From positions 1 to 55,816 of the forward strand of contig JALEXS010000046.1 of the NCBI GenBank assembly GCA_022780025.1: a DNA stretch of 55,816 nt. The letters are read 5' to 3'. A program made the position numbers and the translations under genes. This DNA comes from Mollicutes bacterium. GTDB taxonomy: Bacteria; Bacillota_I; Bacilli_A; RFN20; CAG-826. Below the pieces are notes generated by a model. The model was given only the letters and a program-made list of their open reading frames with translations. It searched no databases and was not told where the DNA came from. Shown here one piece after another: positions 46,853-55,749 of this stretch. The stretch's first letter is position 1; every line of letters begins with the position of its first letter.

Positions 46853-47953
46853 ATGGAAACAAATGATATTAAAACTAAAGAAAAAAAGCCTAAAACTCCT
46901 ATGAGTTCAAAAAAATATACTATCCTTATGTCTATATTCGGAGTTTTGTCTTGCTTAGCTGGTGGTGTTGGTGGCTACTTTTTATATAATATATTTAAAC
47001 CTGAAACGAAATATGAAACAGGTTTTGTTGATTATACAAGTCTTGAAAAAAGAGCAGCTAGTAAAAAGAATGCAAACCTTGATGTAGAATTTAAAGCTGA
47101 TCCATATAATTTAGCTAATTTAGCTTTTTATAATTTTGGTAATTCTAAATATAGTTTAACTCTAAGTAATGGATTAGTTCGTAATATTTCTGGTGATCAA
47201 AATGTTAAAGCAGTAACTTTTGGTGATAATGGAGATTTCTTTAACCAAAATATTTCTGCTACTACCGGTGGTGGACCTATTCAAATTAATACCGCTTATC
47301 GTTTTTATGATTTAAATAAAGATGATAATAAAGATTATCAAATGATTGCATATGAAAATAAATTAGAAAGTGATTGGAAAAAAGATTTAAAACCTTCAAG
47401 AACTTATACATATGATCAATATATTGAGGATTATGGCAAATTATTAAAAGGCAATTATATAGTAGATAATAGTGATAAATATATTTCTAATAATTTATCA
47501 CAATATAAAAATGGTTCTAATAATCTTGTTAGCGGTGCTTTTATATATCAAATGTTTGATGAAGCAGTCAATAGTTCAAAATTAGAAAAAATTGATAATG
47601 GTTATAAGATATTAATTTCTTTAGATGCTCAAAAAGCTTGCTCTTATTATATAAGACAAATTAAAAAGAATGGTGGCATGTCTAAAAATCCTACTTTTAC
47701 TACTGATATTTCTATAGAAGTAATTTTAGATAAAGAATATAAATTAGTTTCTACCCATTCTGAAGAAGCTTATAACGTTATTTTAGGTGCTCAAGTTTCT
47801 TGTAATGCAACTATGGATATTAACTATTATGCAAGTGAAAATCCTATTAAATTAAATAATAATGGGGTTGATGTAGAAATGAAGATACCTTCAATCGAAG
47901 AAAAATTCCCTGTCTATTTAGATAGAGATTTAACATTAAAATTTGTGGAGTAA
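46853..47953 (+). CDS. Membrane-anchored protein, unknown function
   Basis: About 366 aa from ATG 46853. K-rich N-terminus, one TM helix (YTILMSIFGVLSCLAGGVGGYFLY), then an N/K/Y-rich extracytoplasmic domain. The ORF-track TTG at 46814 lies inside a predicted promoter (TTGACT-N17-TATGAT, 46794-46822). Confidence 0.55.
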   Translation: METNDIKTKEKKPKTPMSSKKYTILMSIFGVLSCLAGGVGGYFLYNIFKPETKYETGFVDYTSLEKRAASKKNANLDVEFKADPYNLANLAFYNFGNSKYSLTLSNGLVRNISGDQNVKAVTFGDNGDFFNQNISATTGGGPIQINTAYRFYDLNKDDNKDYQMIAYENKLESDWKKDLKPSRTYTYDQYIEDYGKLLKGNYIVDNSDKYISNNLSQYKNGSNNLVSGAFIYQMFDEAVNSSKLEKIDNGYKILISLDAQKACSYYIRQIKKNGGMSKNPTFTTDISIEVILDKEYKLVSTHSEEAYNVILGAQVSCNATMDINYYASENPIKLNNNGVDVEMKIPSIEEKFPVYLDRDLTLKFVE

Positions 47954-47958
47954 TAATT

Positions 47959-50900
47959 ATGATACGTAAATTATTTTCAATATTAGTTTGTACAGTTAGT
48001 ACAGCAATTGGTGGTTTATCATCATTTGCTTATTTTAAATATCAAGATGATAAAATTAGACAAAATATGTCTAATAAGAAGCCAAGCGAAGAATATGAAT
48101 TAACTCCTGGTGAGAAATTTTTAACAAATTTATTAAAATCTTCAATTAAATGTGATTCTTTAAATTTAAATATTAAAGGAATTGAAGAAAATAAAAATTT
48201 AGGAATTAATTTTAAAGGTGTAGTTGAATATGATAGTGCTTCTTTAATGGCTGGTGATTTTAATGGATTAAAAGCTAACGGTGCATTAAAAGTTAATTAT
48301 GGCACATTAAACGAGAGTGCTACTTTTATTTTTGATAAAAAATTATATTTAGGATATGCAGATAATTATTATTCATTTGATACATCTATTTTCAATAATG
48401 TCTTAGATTTAATTAATTTATTTAAAGATCAAAACGATAATAAAGAAGAAACTGAATCAAGCTTAAATTTGAATGATTTATTAGGAAATGTTACTAATTA
48501 TTTAAGTGATTTAAAGGAAACTAAATTAGAAGATGAATCTGGTTATTTATTTACTTTAAGTCTACCTGATTTAGGTGATATCGTATTTACATCTAATAAT
48601 GATTTTTTAATGACTGGAATTAATGGAAAATTATCTATTAATAATATAGATGTTTCTTTATTAGCTGAAGGTGTCTCACAAAGCGTAAATGATAGTTATT
48701 TTAATGGAGTAACTGATGAAAATAAATATACATCTACTAATAATTTAAATAATATTATTACTACATTAACTAAATATATAAATTCTAAAAAAGGTAGTGC
48801 TAGATTTAATGCTAACTTGAATTTAAAAGATGGTAATAAATTAGATTTAGATGGAAATATTTTAATTGATTATTCTAATGCTAGTAAATTAGAAGAAGGA
48901 ATTTATGAATTAAGTTTAAATTCTAATGTATTTTCAACTGATAGAAATACATTGAAAGCTCATTATCAAGATAAAACTACTTATTTTGCTTTAAATAATT
49001 TAATTAAAGGTTATGTTAGCAATACTTCAATTGAAGAAATTATTGATACTTTAAAAAATAAGACTAATTTAATTACTGAACTTAATTTGATGGATAAAGT
49101 AAATCAATTATTAGCTAATAGTGATTTGTTAGAACTTATTACTAATAAAGATTATTCTAAGATTCATAGTATTATTAAAAATATTGAATTTGATAATTTT
49201 AATAATGAAATTACTATATCCTTATATAATAAAGCATTTAATTTAGGTGATGAAAATTCAATTTTAGATATAGTATTTGGTTTTAATGAAAAAGAAGTCA
49301 GTTATATTAAAATTAAAAACTTATGTTATGAAGGTAATAGTGCTAATTTTGATTTATATTTTGATAAAGAAATAACTTATGATAATAATTTTACTTCCTT
49401 AGAAGGATTTAAAGATTATTCTAATGTAAGTAATATATTTAATAATGTTATTAATTTAGTAAATGATAAGAAATTTAATGTTGATTATGCTATTAATATT
49501 GTAAATAAAGATAAAAATGACAATAGTTATAATTTAACTGGTAATATTGGTGGTGATATTTCTAATTTAGATTTTACTAAAGAGTTTAATATTAATGATT
49601 TAGCTAATGGTGCTTATACATTTAGTATTAATAATTTAGCTGGAATAAATCAAGATATCAGCGCTTATTATTTAGATAATAATTTATATTTAAAATATAA
49701 CGAATTAATTAAAAATAGTGTCAATAAAGACTCATTTATTCACTTATTCGATTTCATTAATAAGAAGTTTAATAATGGTAATAATGCTATTGATATTAAC
49801 CAAATATTTAGTAAATATACTGAAGAATTTAATAATAAATATAAAGCTGAAATCGATGAGATTTTAAAAGGAAACCTTGCAAAACTCGAAGATTATTTTG
49901 TAATTGATAGAGATAATTCAGATCCAAATAAGATTAAAGTTGAGATTTATCCTAATGGTGTAAATAATAACGATGTCTTATATGAAGTAGTAATTTCTAC
50001 TAATGATAAAGCAATCGATTCATTGTCAATCAAAGGTATTAATTTATCAAATTATATTGTTGATATTAATCTTAATTTAAAAGAATTTAACGACTTTAGA
50101 TTATTAGAAGAAGAAAGAGCAACATATTATCCTTTAGATAATTTTGAACAAACATTAGTTTCATTTATTGATAAAGATGTAATGCAATATGGACTTGGTA
50201 TTGAAGGTGCTATTTATAGTGGCAATAAATTATACTTTGATGGAAATTTAAATGCAGATTTTACTAATGGTAATTATTTTGGTGAATTAACTTTAGATGG
50301 ACAATTAGAAGGCGTTGATAAAGAACGTTATATTCACAATTTTAAATTAGATAAATTTACTAATGAAGATACTTCACTAAAAGATTTTTATATTATTTAT
50401 AACGATACTATGAAAATTAATATGCATAGCAAAACTATTATTGATTTAATTAATGAATTTAAAACAATTCCTGAAAAGAATGTATTAAATTATTTATTTA
50501 AATTATCTTCAATGCTTTCTGGAGAACTTCCTATTCAAACTATTATTAAAAATAAAGAATATTTATCTTTAATTAATAATAATTATATAAAAACATTTAC
50601 TACATCTAACGGATTAGTTTCTATAACTTTAGATGGAACTTTACCTGGTGCTACTAAAGATATTAAATTAGATATAAATTATAATGAAGAAACTAAAACT
50701 TTATTATCATTAAATTTATATTTAATTAGTCAAAAAGATGATCCAACATTAGAAAATAATCTTTATGCATCATTTAAAGTAACTTTTAAAAATTATGATA
50801 AAGTAGCTGAAGAAAATAGAATTCATTTAACTAAAACTGATAGTGATGTTTTCTTTGATTTTGATAATTTAAAATTATTATTTACTTGTGGTATTAATAC

Positions 50901-51771
50901 TACTAATATTCCGGAAGGACAAGATACTGTTACTTATTATTTAAAAGGTATATTTGATTTAGATATTCCTGGACTTGGAACTTTAGTTCAATCTAGTATT
51001 TATCAAGATCTTACTTTTAAAATTCAAGTTTTAAAAACTGGTAAAGTTAATGGCTACATTAATTTAACTGCTACTGATAAAAATCATAATGTACAAGAAG
51101 GAAAAAATACTAAAACACGTAAAACAGAATTCTTTATTAATGATGATGGAAGTGCTTATATTCATCAAACAACTGTAAGTAGAAAATATATCGCTTCTCA
51201 AATTAAATATAGATATACTCAAAATGATGAATATTTCAAAGTTACTGCTGAAGAAATGAGTAAAAATTTAGTATATTATCTTATGAAATATACATTAAAT
51301 TTTGCAGATATGATCTATAATCCTATTGAAGAAGCTATTAATAATAGTGGAGCAAGTTCTGAACCAAATGCCGTTTTAAATTTACATTATGAAAGTGTAT
51401 TTAAAAAATTAGAATATAATGAAACTGAAAAATGCTTTAGTTCAACTATTGATTTAAATAATATTTGTAATTTAAAAAATGTTACTAGTGGATTTGTAAC
51501 TCAACAAGAATTAAATATTGATATATATCATGACGCAAATAATGTTTTATCTAGATTCCATTTATATGGTGGTGCTCTTTATGTTTCATTATGTGGAGTC
51601 ATAAATGTTAATATAGACGTAACAAATTATTATAATAATAACGATGTTAATAATATGAATGAATATAATAAATTTGTTGAATATTGGAATAGTAATGAAA
51701 CTTTATCTAATTTAGATTATTATCAATATCGTGTTAATAATAATAAGACATCTTTTCAAACAACTTTATAA
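47959..51771 (+). CDS. Large (1270 aa) N-terminally anchored repeat protein, unknown function
   Basis: Single N-terminal TM helix (LFSILVCTVSTAIGGLSSFAYF). Four internal repeat units of about 215-240 aa (aa ~66-945) plus a distinct ~320-aa C-terminal domain. Starts 5 nt after the upstream gene. Confidence 0.6.
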   Translation: MIRKLFSILVCTVSTAIGGLSSFAYFKYQDDKIRQNMSNKKPSEEYELTPGEKFLTNLLKSSIKCDSLNLNIKGIEENKNLGINFKGVVEYDSASLMAGDFNGLKANGALKVNYGTLNESATFIFDKKLYLGYADNYYSFDTSIFNNVLDLINLFKDQNDNKEETESSLNLNDLLGNVTNYLSDLKETKLEDESGYLFTLSLPDLGDIVFTSNNDFLMTGINGKLSINNIDVSLLAEGVSQSVNDSYFNGVTDENKYTSTNNLNNIITTLTKYINSKKGSARFNANLNLKDGNKLDLDGNILIDYSNASKLEEGIYELSLNSNVFSTDRNTLKAHYQDKTTYFALNNLIKGYVSNTSIEEIIDTLKNKTNLITELNLMDKVNQLLANSDLLELITNKDYSKIHSIIKNIEFDNFNNEITISLYNKAFNLGDENSILDIVFGFNEKEVSYIKIKNLCYEGNSANFDLYFDKEITYDNNFTSLEGFKDYSNVSNIFNNVINLVNDKKFNVDYAINIVNKDKNDNSYNLTGNIGGDISNLDFTKEFNINDLANGAYTFSINNLAGINQDISAYYLDNNLYLKYNELIKNSVNKDSFIHLFDFINKKFNNGNNAIDINQIFSKYTEEFNNKYKAEIDEILKGNLAKLEDYFVIDRDNSDPNKIKVEIYPNGVNNNDVLYEVVISTNDKAIDSLSIKGINLSNYIVDINLNLKEFNDFRLLEEERATYYPLDNFEQTLVSFIDKDVMQYGLGIEGAIYSGNKLYFDGNLNADFTNGNYFGELTLDGQLEGVDKERYIHNFKLDKFTNEDTSLKDFYIIYNDTMKINMHSKTIIDLINEFKTIPEKNVLNYLFKLSSMLSGELPIQTIIKNKEYLSLINNNYIKTFTTSNGLVSITLDGTLPGATKDIKLDINYNEETKTLLSLNLYLISQKDDPTLENNLYASFKVTFKNYDKVAEENRIHLTKTDSDVFFDFDNLKLLFTCGINTTNIPEGQDTVTYYLKGIFDLDIPGLGTLVQSSIYQDLTFKIQVLKTGKVNGYINLTATDKNHNVQEGKNTKTRKTEFFINDDGSAYIHQTTVSRKYIASQIKYRYTQNDEYFKVTAEEMSKNLVYYLMKYTLNFADMIYNPIEEAINNSGASSEPNAVLNLHYESVFKKLEYNETEKCFSSTIDLNNICNLKNVTSGFVTQQELNIDIYHDANNVLSRFHLYGGALYVSLCGVINVNIDVTNYYNNNDVNNMNEYNKFVEYWNSNETLSNLDYYQYRVNNNKTSFQTTL

Positions 51772-51848
51772 ATAATTTTGATATTAAATAATGAAAGTCA
51801 ATTACTGTAGTGATAAAATAACTTTGTTTTTAATGAGGAGAAAAACGT

Positions 51849-52754
51849 ATGAAAATAAATCCTGAAGTTTTTGATGCTATAAAAAATAATAAACCTGTTG
51901 TTGCTCTTGAAAGTACAATTATATCTCATGGGATGCCTTATCCTAAAAATGTAGCTTGTGCTTTAGAAGTTGAAAAAGTTATTAGAGAAAATGGTGCTAT
52001 CCCAGCTACTATTGGTATTATTAATGGTGAACCAATTATTGGTATGACTAATGATGAAATAGAAGAATTTGGTAAAAGAAAAGGCATTATTAAATGTTCT
52101 AGAAGAGATTTACCAATTATTATTTCTGAAAAAGAATGGGGTGCTACTACAGTTAGTGCAACAATGATATTAGCTAATTTAGCAGGAATTGAATTTTTTG
52201 TTACTGGTGGTATTGGTGGTGTTCATAGAGGTGCTCAAGAAACTTTTGATATAAGTGCCGATTTAGATGAACTTGGAAGAACTAATGTTACTGTTATTTG
52301 TGCTGGTCCTAAAGCTATATTAGATTTAAATTTAACTATGGAATATTTAGAAACAAAAGGTGTTCCAGTTTTAGCTTATAATAGTGATAAATTACCTGCA
52401 TTCTTTACAAGAACTAGTGACTTAAATGTTGATTATAATGTAAAAAACCCTGCAGAAATCGCCTCAATTGTTAAAAATAAAAGAGATTATAAATTAGATG
52501 GTGGAGTTTTAGTATGTAATCCAATTCCTGAAGATTATTCAATGGATCCTAATTATATTAATAAAGAAATTGATAAAGCTATTGATGAAATGAATAAATT
52601 AGGTATTAAAGGAAAAGAAGAAACTCCTTTCTTATTAAGTAAGATTGTTGAATTAACTAATGGTAAGAGCTTAGAAGCTAACATTAAACTTATTTTAAAT
52701 AATGCTGCTTTAGGTGCTAAAGCTGCTATTGAATATTGCAAATTAAGAGGTTAA
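51849..52754 (+). CDS. psuG: Pseudouridine-5'-phosphate glycosidase
   Basis: 301 aa with VALESTIISHGMPYP and GGIGGVHRG motifs. GAGGAG RBS. Confidence 0.9.
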   Translation: MKINPEVFDAIKNNKPVVALESTIISHGMPYPKNVACALEVEKVIRENGAIPATIGIINGEPIIGMTNDEIEEFGKRKGIIKCSRRDLPIIISEKEWGATTVSATMILANLAGIEFFVTGGIGGVHRGAQETFDISADLDELGRTNVTVICAGPKAILDLNLTMEYLETKGVPVLAYNSDKLPAFFTRTSDLNVDYNVKNPAEIASIVKNKRDYKLDGGVLVCNPIPEDYSMDPNYINKEIDKAIDEMNKLGIKGKEETPFLLSKIVELTNGKSLEANIKLILNNAALGAKAAIEYCKLRG

Positions 52755-52758
52755 TTTA

Positions 52759-53643
52759 ATGAATGAATCTTTACTTATAATTGGTGGTAGTAATATCGAT
52801 TATATTGCTACAAGTAAAGATAAAATTCAAAGTGGTGTTTCTAATATTGGCACTATATCTATTTCATTTGGTGGTGTTGCTAGAAATATATGCGAAAATT
52901 TAGCTAGACTTGGTGCTAAAATAGATTTCATAACGACAATTGGTAATGATCTATATGGTGAAAATATTAAAAAAGATTTAATTAATTTAGGTGTTAATGT
53001 TATTTATCCTAAAGTAGAGTTACCAACAAGTTCATATTTAGCAATTAATGATAGTAATCATGATTTAGCTTTATCTATTTGTGATAATCGTATTATTGAT
53101 GAAATTAATTCGAATTTTTTAAGTGATTACTATAAATTTATTTTAGAACATAACTATGTTATTTTAGATGCGAATTTGAATGAAGATGCTATTAAATATA
53201 TATTTTTAAATTTTAGTAATAAAAAAATAATAGTTGATGCTATTTCCCCAACTAAAGTTTTAAAATTTAGAAATTATTTAGATAAAATTTATTTATTAAA
53301 ATGTAATAAATTTGAAGCTAAAGCATTAATTAAAGACTATAAAAATGAAGAAGATCTTGTTTCAAAAATTTTAGAACTTGGAGTTAAAAATATTGTTGTT
53401 TCTTTTGGAGCAAGTGATATTTATTATGGTAATAAATCTGAAATTGGATTTGTTAAAAATGATTTGATTAAAAATTTTGTTAATACATCTGGCTGCGGAG
53501 ATGCTTTAACTAGTGGAATAATTAATAAATATATAAGAGATAATAAAAGTTTAAAAGATAGTATAATTTTTGGTAATAAATTATCTAAAGTAACATTAAT
53601 GACTTCTTCAGCAACGTCTAAAGAAATATCAAAATATCGCTAA
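52759..53643 (+). CDS. psuK: PfkB-family carbohydrate kinase, probably pseudouridine kinase
   Basis: 294 aa with GGSNID N-terminus, GGVARN and C-terminal TSGCGDA anion-hole motif. Lies immediately downstream of psuG. Confidence 0.75.
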   Translation: MNESLLIIGGSNIDYIATSKDKIQSGVSNIGTISISFGGVARNICENLARLGAKIDFITTIGNDLYGENIKKDLINLGVNVIYPKVELPTSSYLAINDSNHDLALSICDNRIIDEINSNFLSDYYKFILEHNYVILDANLNEDAIKYIFLNFSNKKIIVDAISPTKVLKFRNYLDKIYLLKCNKFEAKALIKDYKNEEDLVSKILELGVKNIVVSFGASDIYYGNKSEIGFVKNDLIKNFVNTSGCGDALTSGIINKYIRDNKSLKDSIIFGNKLSKVTLMTSSATSKEISKYR

Positions 53644-53753
53644 AAATTTTAAAAAAGCTGCAGAAATCAATTATTTTTTATGATTTTAAAGGTTTATCTT
53701 TATAATGAAATTTTGTAAATAAATTATTATAATATTAAAAAAGAGGTTTAAAT

Positions 53754-54710
53754 ATGGAAGTAGTACACATAGGTTTTGACATTGGTGGGATGAGTATAAA
53801 AGCTGGATTAGTTGATAAAGAAGGAAATATTTTATATAAATCAACTAGACCTACACCATCTGGAGATAAAGGAATTAGTTTTATTAAATATATGCGTGAA
53901 TTAATAGATGAATTAATCGCATATAGTCAAGATAATAACTTAAAGATAACAGCAATTGGTGTTGCTATTCCTGGAATTGTTGATAATAAAGAAGGATCAT
54001 TAACCTATGCTAATAATTTAGATTTAGAATATCCTTTTCAAATTAAAGAAAAATTAAAGGATTATGGATTTGATTTTTATATGTCTAATGATGCTAATGT
54101 TGCATGTTTAGCAGAACAAAAATTTGGTGCTGCAAAGGGCAAAAAAGATGCTATTTTACTAACTTTAGGAACTGGTGTTGGCGGCGGAATCGTTATTGAT
54201 AATAAATTATATGAAGGTAATGAAGGAAAAGGCGCTGAACTTGGACACTTTGTATTGGTAGTTGATGGATTACCATGTACTTGTGGTAGAAAAGGATGTT
54301 TTGAAGCTTATGCAAGTGCTACTGCTTTATTAAGATTAACTAAAGAAATAATGATGGAAAATAAAGATTCTTTAATGTGGGAATATTGTGATAATGACAT
54401 TAATAAAGTAACTGGTTTAACTTCTTTTGAATGTTCAAAAAAAGGCGATAAAGCTGCTAATTTAGTTGTTGATACATATGTTAAATATTTAGGAGAAGGA
54501 ATTTTAAATATTTGTAATGTATTTAGACCTGAAACTGTTATTATTGGTGGCGGTATTTCTAATCAAAAAGATTATTTTATTAATAAAATAGTTAATTATT
54601 GCGAGAAATATCATTATGGATATAAAAATACACCAAAAGTTGAAATTGTTGCTGCTAAATTAACTAATGATGCAGGAATTATTGGTGCTGCTCATTTATT
54701 AGATTTCTAA
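53754..54710 (+). CDS. glcK: ROK-family glucokinase
   Basis: 318 aa with DIGGMSIKAGL ATP-binding N-terminus and ROK zinc motif CTCGRKGCFEAY. Confidence 0.8.
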   Translation: MEVVHIGFDIGGMSIKAGLVDKEGNILYKSTRPTPSGDKGISFIKYMRELIDELIAYSQDNNLKITAIGVAIPGIVDNKEGSLTYANNLDLEYPFQIKEKLKDYGFDFYMSNDANVACLAEQKFGAAKGKKDAILLTLGTGVGGGIVIDNKLYEGNEGKGAELGHFVLVVDGLPCTCGRKGCFEAYASATALLRLTKEIMMENKDSLMWEYCDNDINKVTGLTSFECSKKGDKAANLVVDTYVKYLGEGILNICNVFRPETVIIGGGISNQKDYFINKIVNYCEKYHYGYKNTPKVEIVAAKLTNDAGIIGAAHLLDF

Positions 54711-54752
54711 ACACTTTATATAGAATATATAATATAGGTAATATTTAATGCA

Positions 54753-54772
54753 ATGTCCCGTTTTAAGGACAT
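54753..54772. promoter_or_regulatory. Inverted repeat ATGTCC-N8-GGACAT upstream of the small-ORF/WYL operon (candidate operator)
   Basis: Perfect 6-bp arms located between a TATAAT (54728-54733) and the RBS GAGGAG (54796-54801). It shares the GGACA core with the repeats at 55694-55816. Confidence 0.4.
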
Positions 54773-54808
54773 CAATTTACATAGAATTATCCATGAGGAG
54801 AGTTACTT

Positions 54809-54985
54809 ATGGAAATTGAAATTAAATATTATTTGGATGAAGATTCTTTTAATAACAATGTGGATTATTTTAGAGAAACAATTTATGGTACGATAGATTA
54901 CGCTAATCAAGTTGCTAAAAATAGAATGAGACATACAATATTTAATTATTTCAATGTTGAAGTGAGGGCGCAAAATAGAAGATGA
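54809..54985 (+). CDS. Unannotated small protein (58 aa), unknown function
   Basis: Not in the ORF track. Product: MEIEIKYYLDEDSFNNNVDYFRETIYGTIDYANQVAKNRMRHTIFNYFNVEVRAQNRR. GAGGAG lies 7 nt upstream. Stop TGA overlaps the ATG of the WYL gene (ATGA). Confidence 0.55.
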   Translation: MEIEIKYYLDEDSFNNNVDYFRETIYGTIDYANQVAKNRMRHTIFNYFNVEVRAQNRR

Positions 54986-55749
54986 TTGATAATAAAAAAA
55001 GTTCAATTATATTAGTTTTAAAAGTTTTATCAGAATATTCTGATGAAGAACATTTTTTAACGCATCAAGACATAATCGATAAAATATATTCTATTTATGG
55101 ACTAGAATTTGAAAGAAAAAGTATCGCTTATTCGATTGATTTATTAATTGAACTTGGTTATGACATCATAAAAACAAGAAATGGGGTTAGTTTATATTCT
55201 AGATTATTTGATTTAACCGAAGCAAAGTTTTTAAATGATGCTATTTATTCTAGTCAAGCAATTACTTCTAAACAAGCTTCTACTTTAATTAAAAAAATTA
55301 ACTCAACATTTAGCGTTTATAATAGAAAAGATTATGATTATCTTTATAAAACTGATGAAATAACTAGAACTAATAATAACTCTATTTTTTATAACATAAA
55401 TATTATTGAAGAAGGCATTAAAACTAAAAAAAGAATCTCATTTCAATATTTAACTTATGATGATAATGGAAAACCTATTTGTCGAAATGGTGGTTTTAGA
55501 TACATAGTTTCGCCTTATTATTTAGTTAATAATTCTGGAAGATATTATTTAATTTGTAATTATAGAGAAAAATATGCTGCAATTAGTGTTTATCGTGTAG
55601 ATTATATGATTAATATTAATATCGAAGAAAATCGGGTTTATAAAGACATTAAGCAAGTAACTAACGATGATAATTTTAAACTATACCCTGTAAAATGGAC
55701 AAAACAAATTGTGTCGAACCTTAAAAATGGACAGTTAAATTGTGTATAA
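54982..55749 (+). CDS. wHTH + WYL-domain transcriptional regulator
   Basis: 255 aa. N-terminal wHTH pattern (ILVLKVLSEYSDEEHFLTHQDIIDKI). WYL-domain pattern (RISFQY...RYIVSPYYLVNNSGRYYLICNY...VYRVDYMINI). Confidence 0.75.
   Translation: MIDNKKSSIILVLKVLSEYSDEEHFLTHQDIIDKIYSIYGLEFERKSIAYSIDLLIELGYDIIKTRNGVSLYSRLFDLTEAKFLNDAIYSSQAITSKQASTLIKKINSTFSVYNRKDYDYLYKTDEITRTNNNSIFYNINIIEEGIKTKKRISFQYLTYDDNGKPICRNGGFRYIVSPYYLVNNSGRYYLICNYREKYAAISVYRVDYMININIEENRVYKDIKQVTNDDNFKLYPVKWTKQIVSNLKNGQLNCV

Noticed and set aside
47959-51771. Repetitive AT-rich DNA considered as a possible CRISPR or tandem-repeat array
   Set aside because: The repetition is at the protein-module level (about 650-720 nt units with low nucleotide identity) within one continuous ORF. 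There are no short direct repeats with unique spacers anywhere in the window.
54803-55006. Minus-strand 67-aa ORF from the ORF track
   Set aside because: The plus strand at the same place has a better-supported 58-aa ORF, with a GAGGAG RBS and ATGA coupling to the WYL gene. The minus ORF would also overlap the WYL start.
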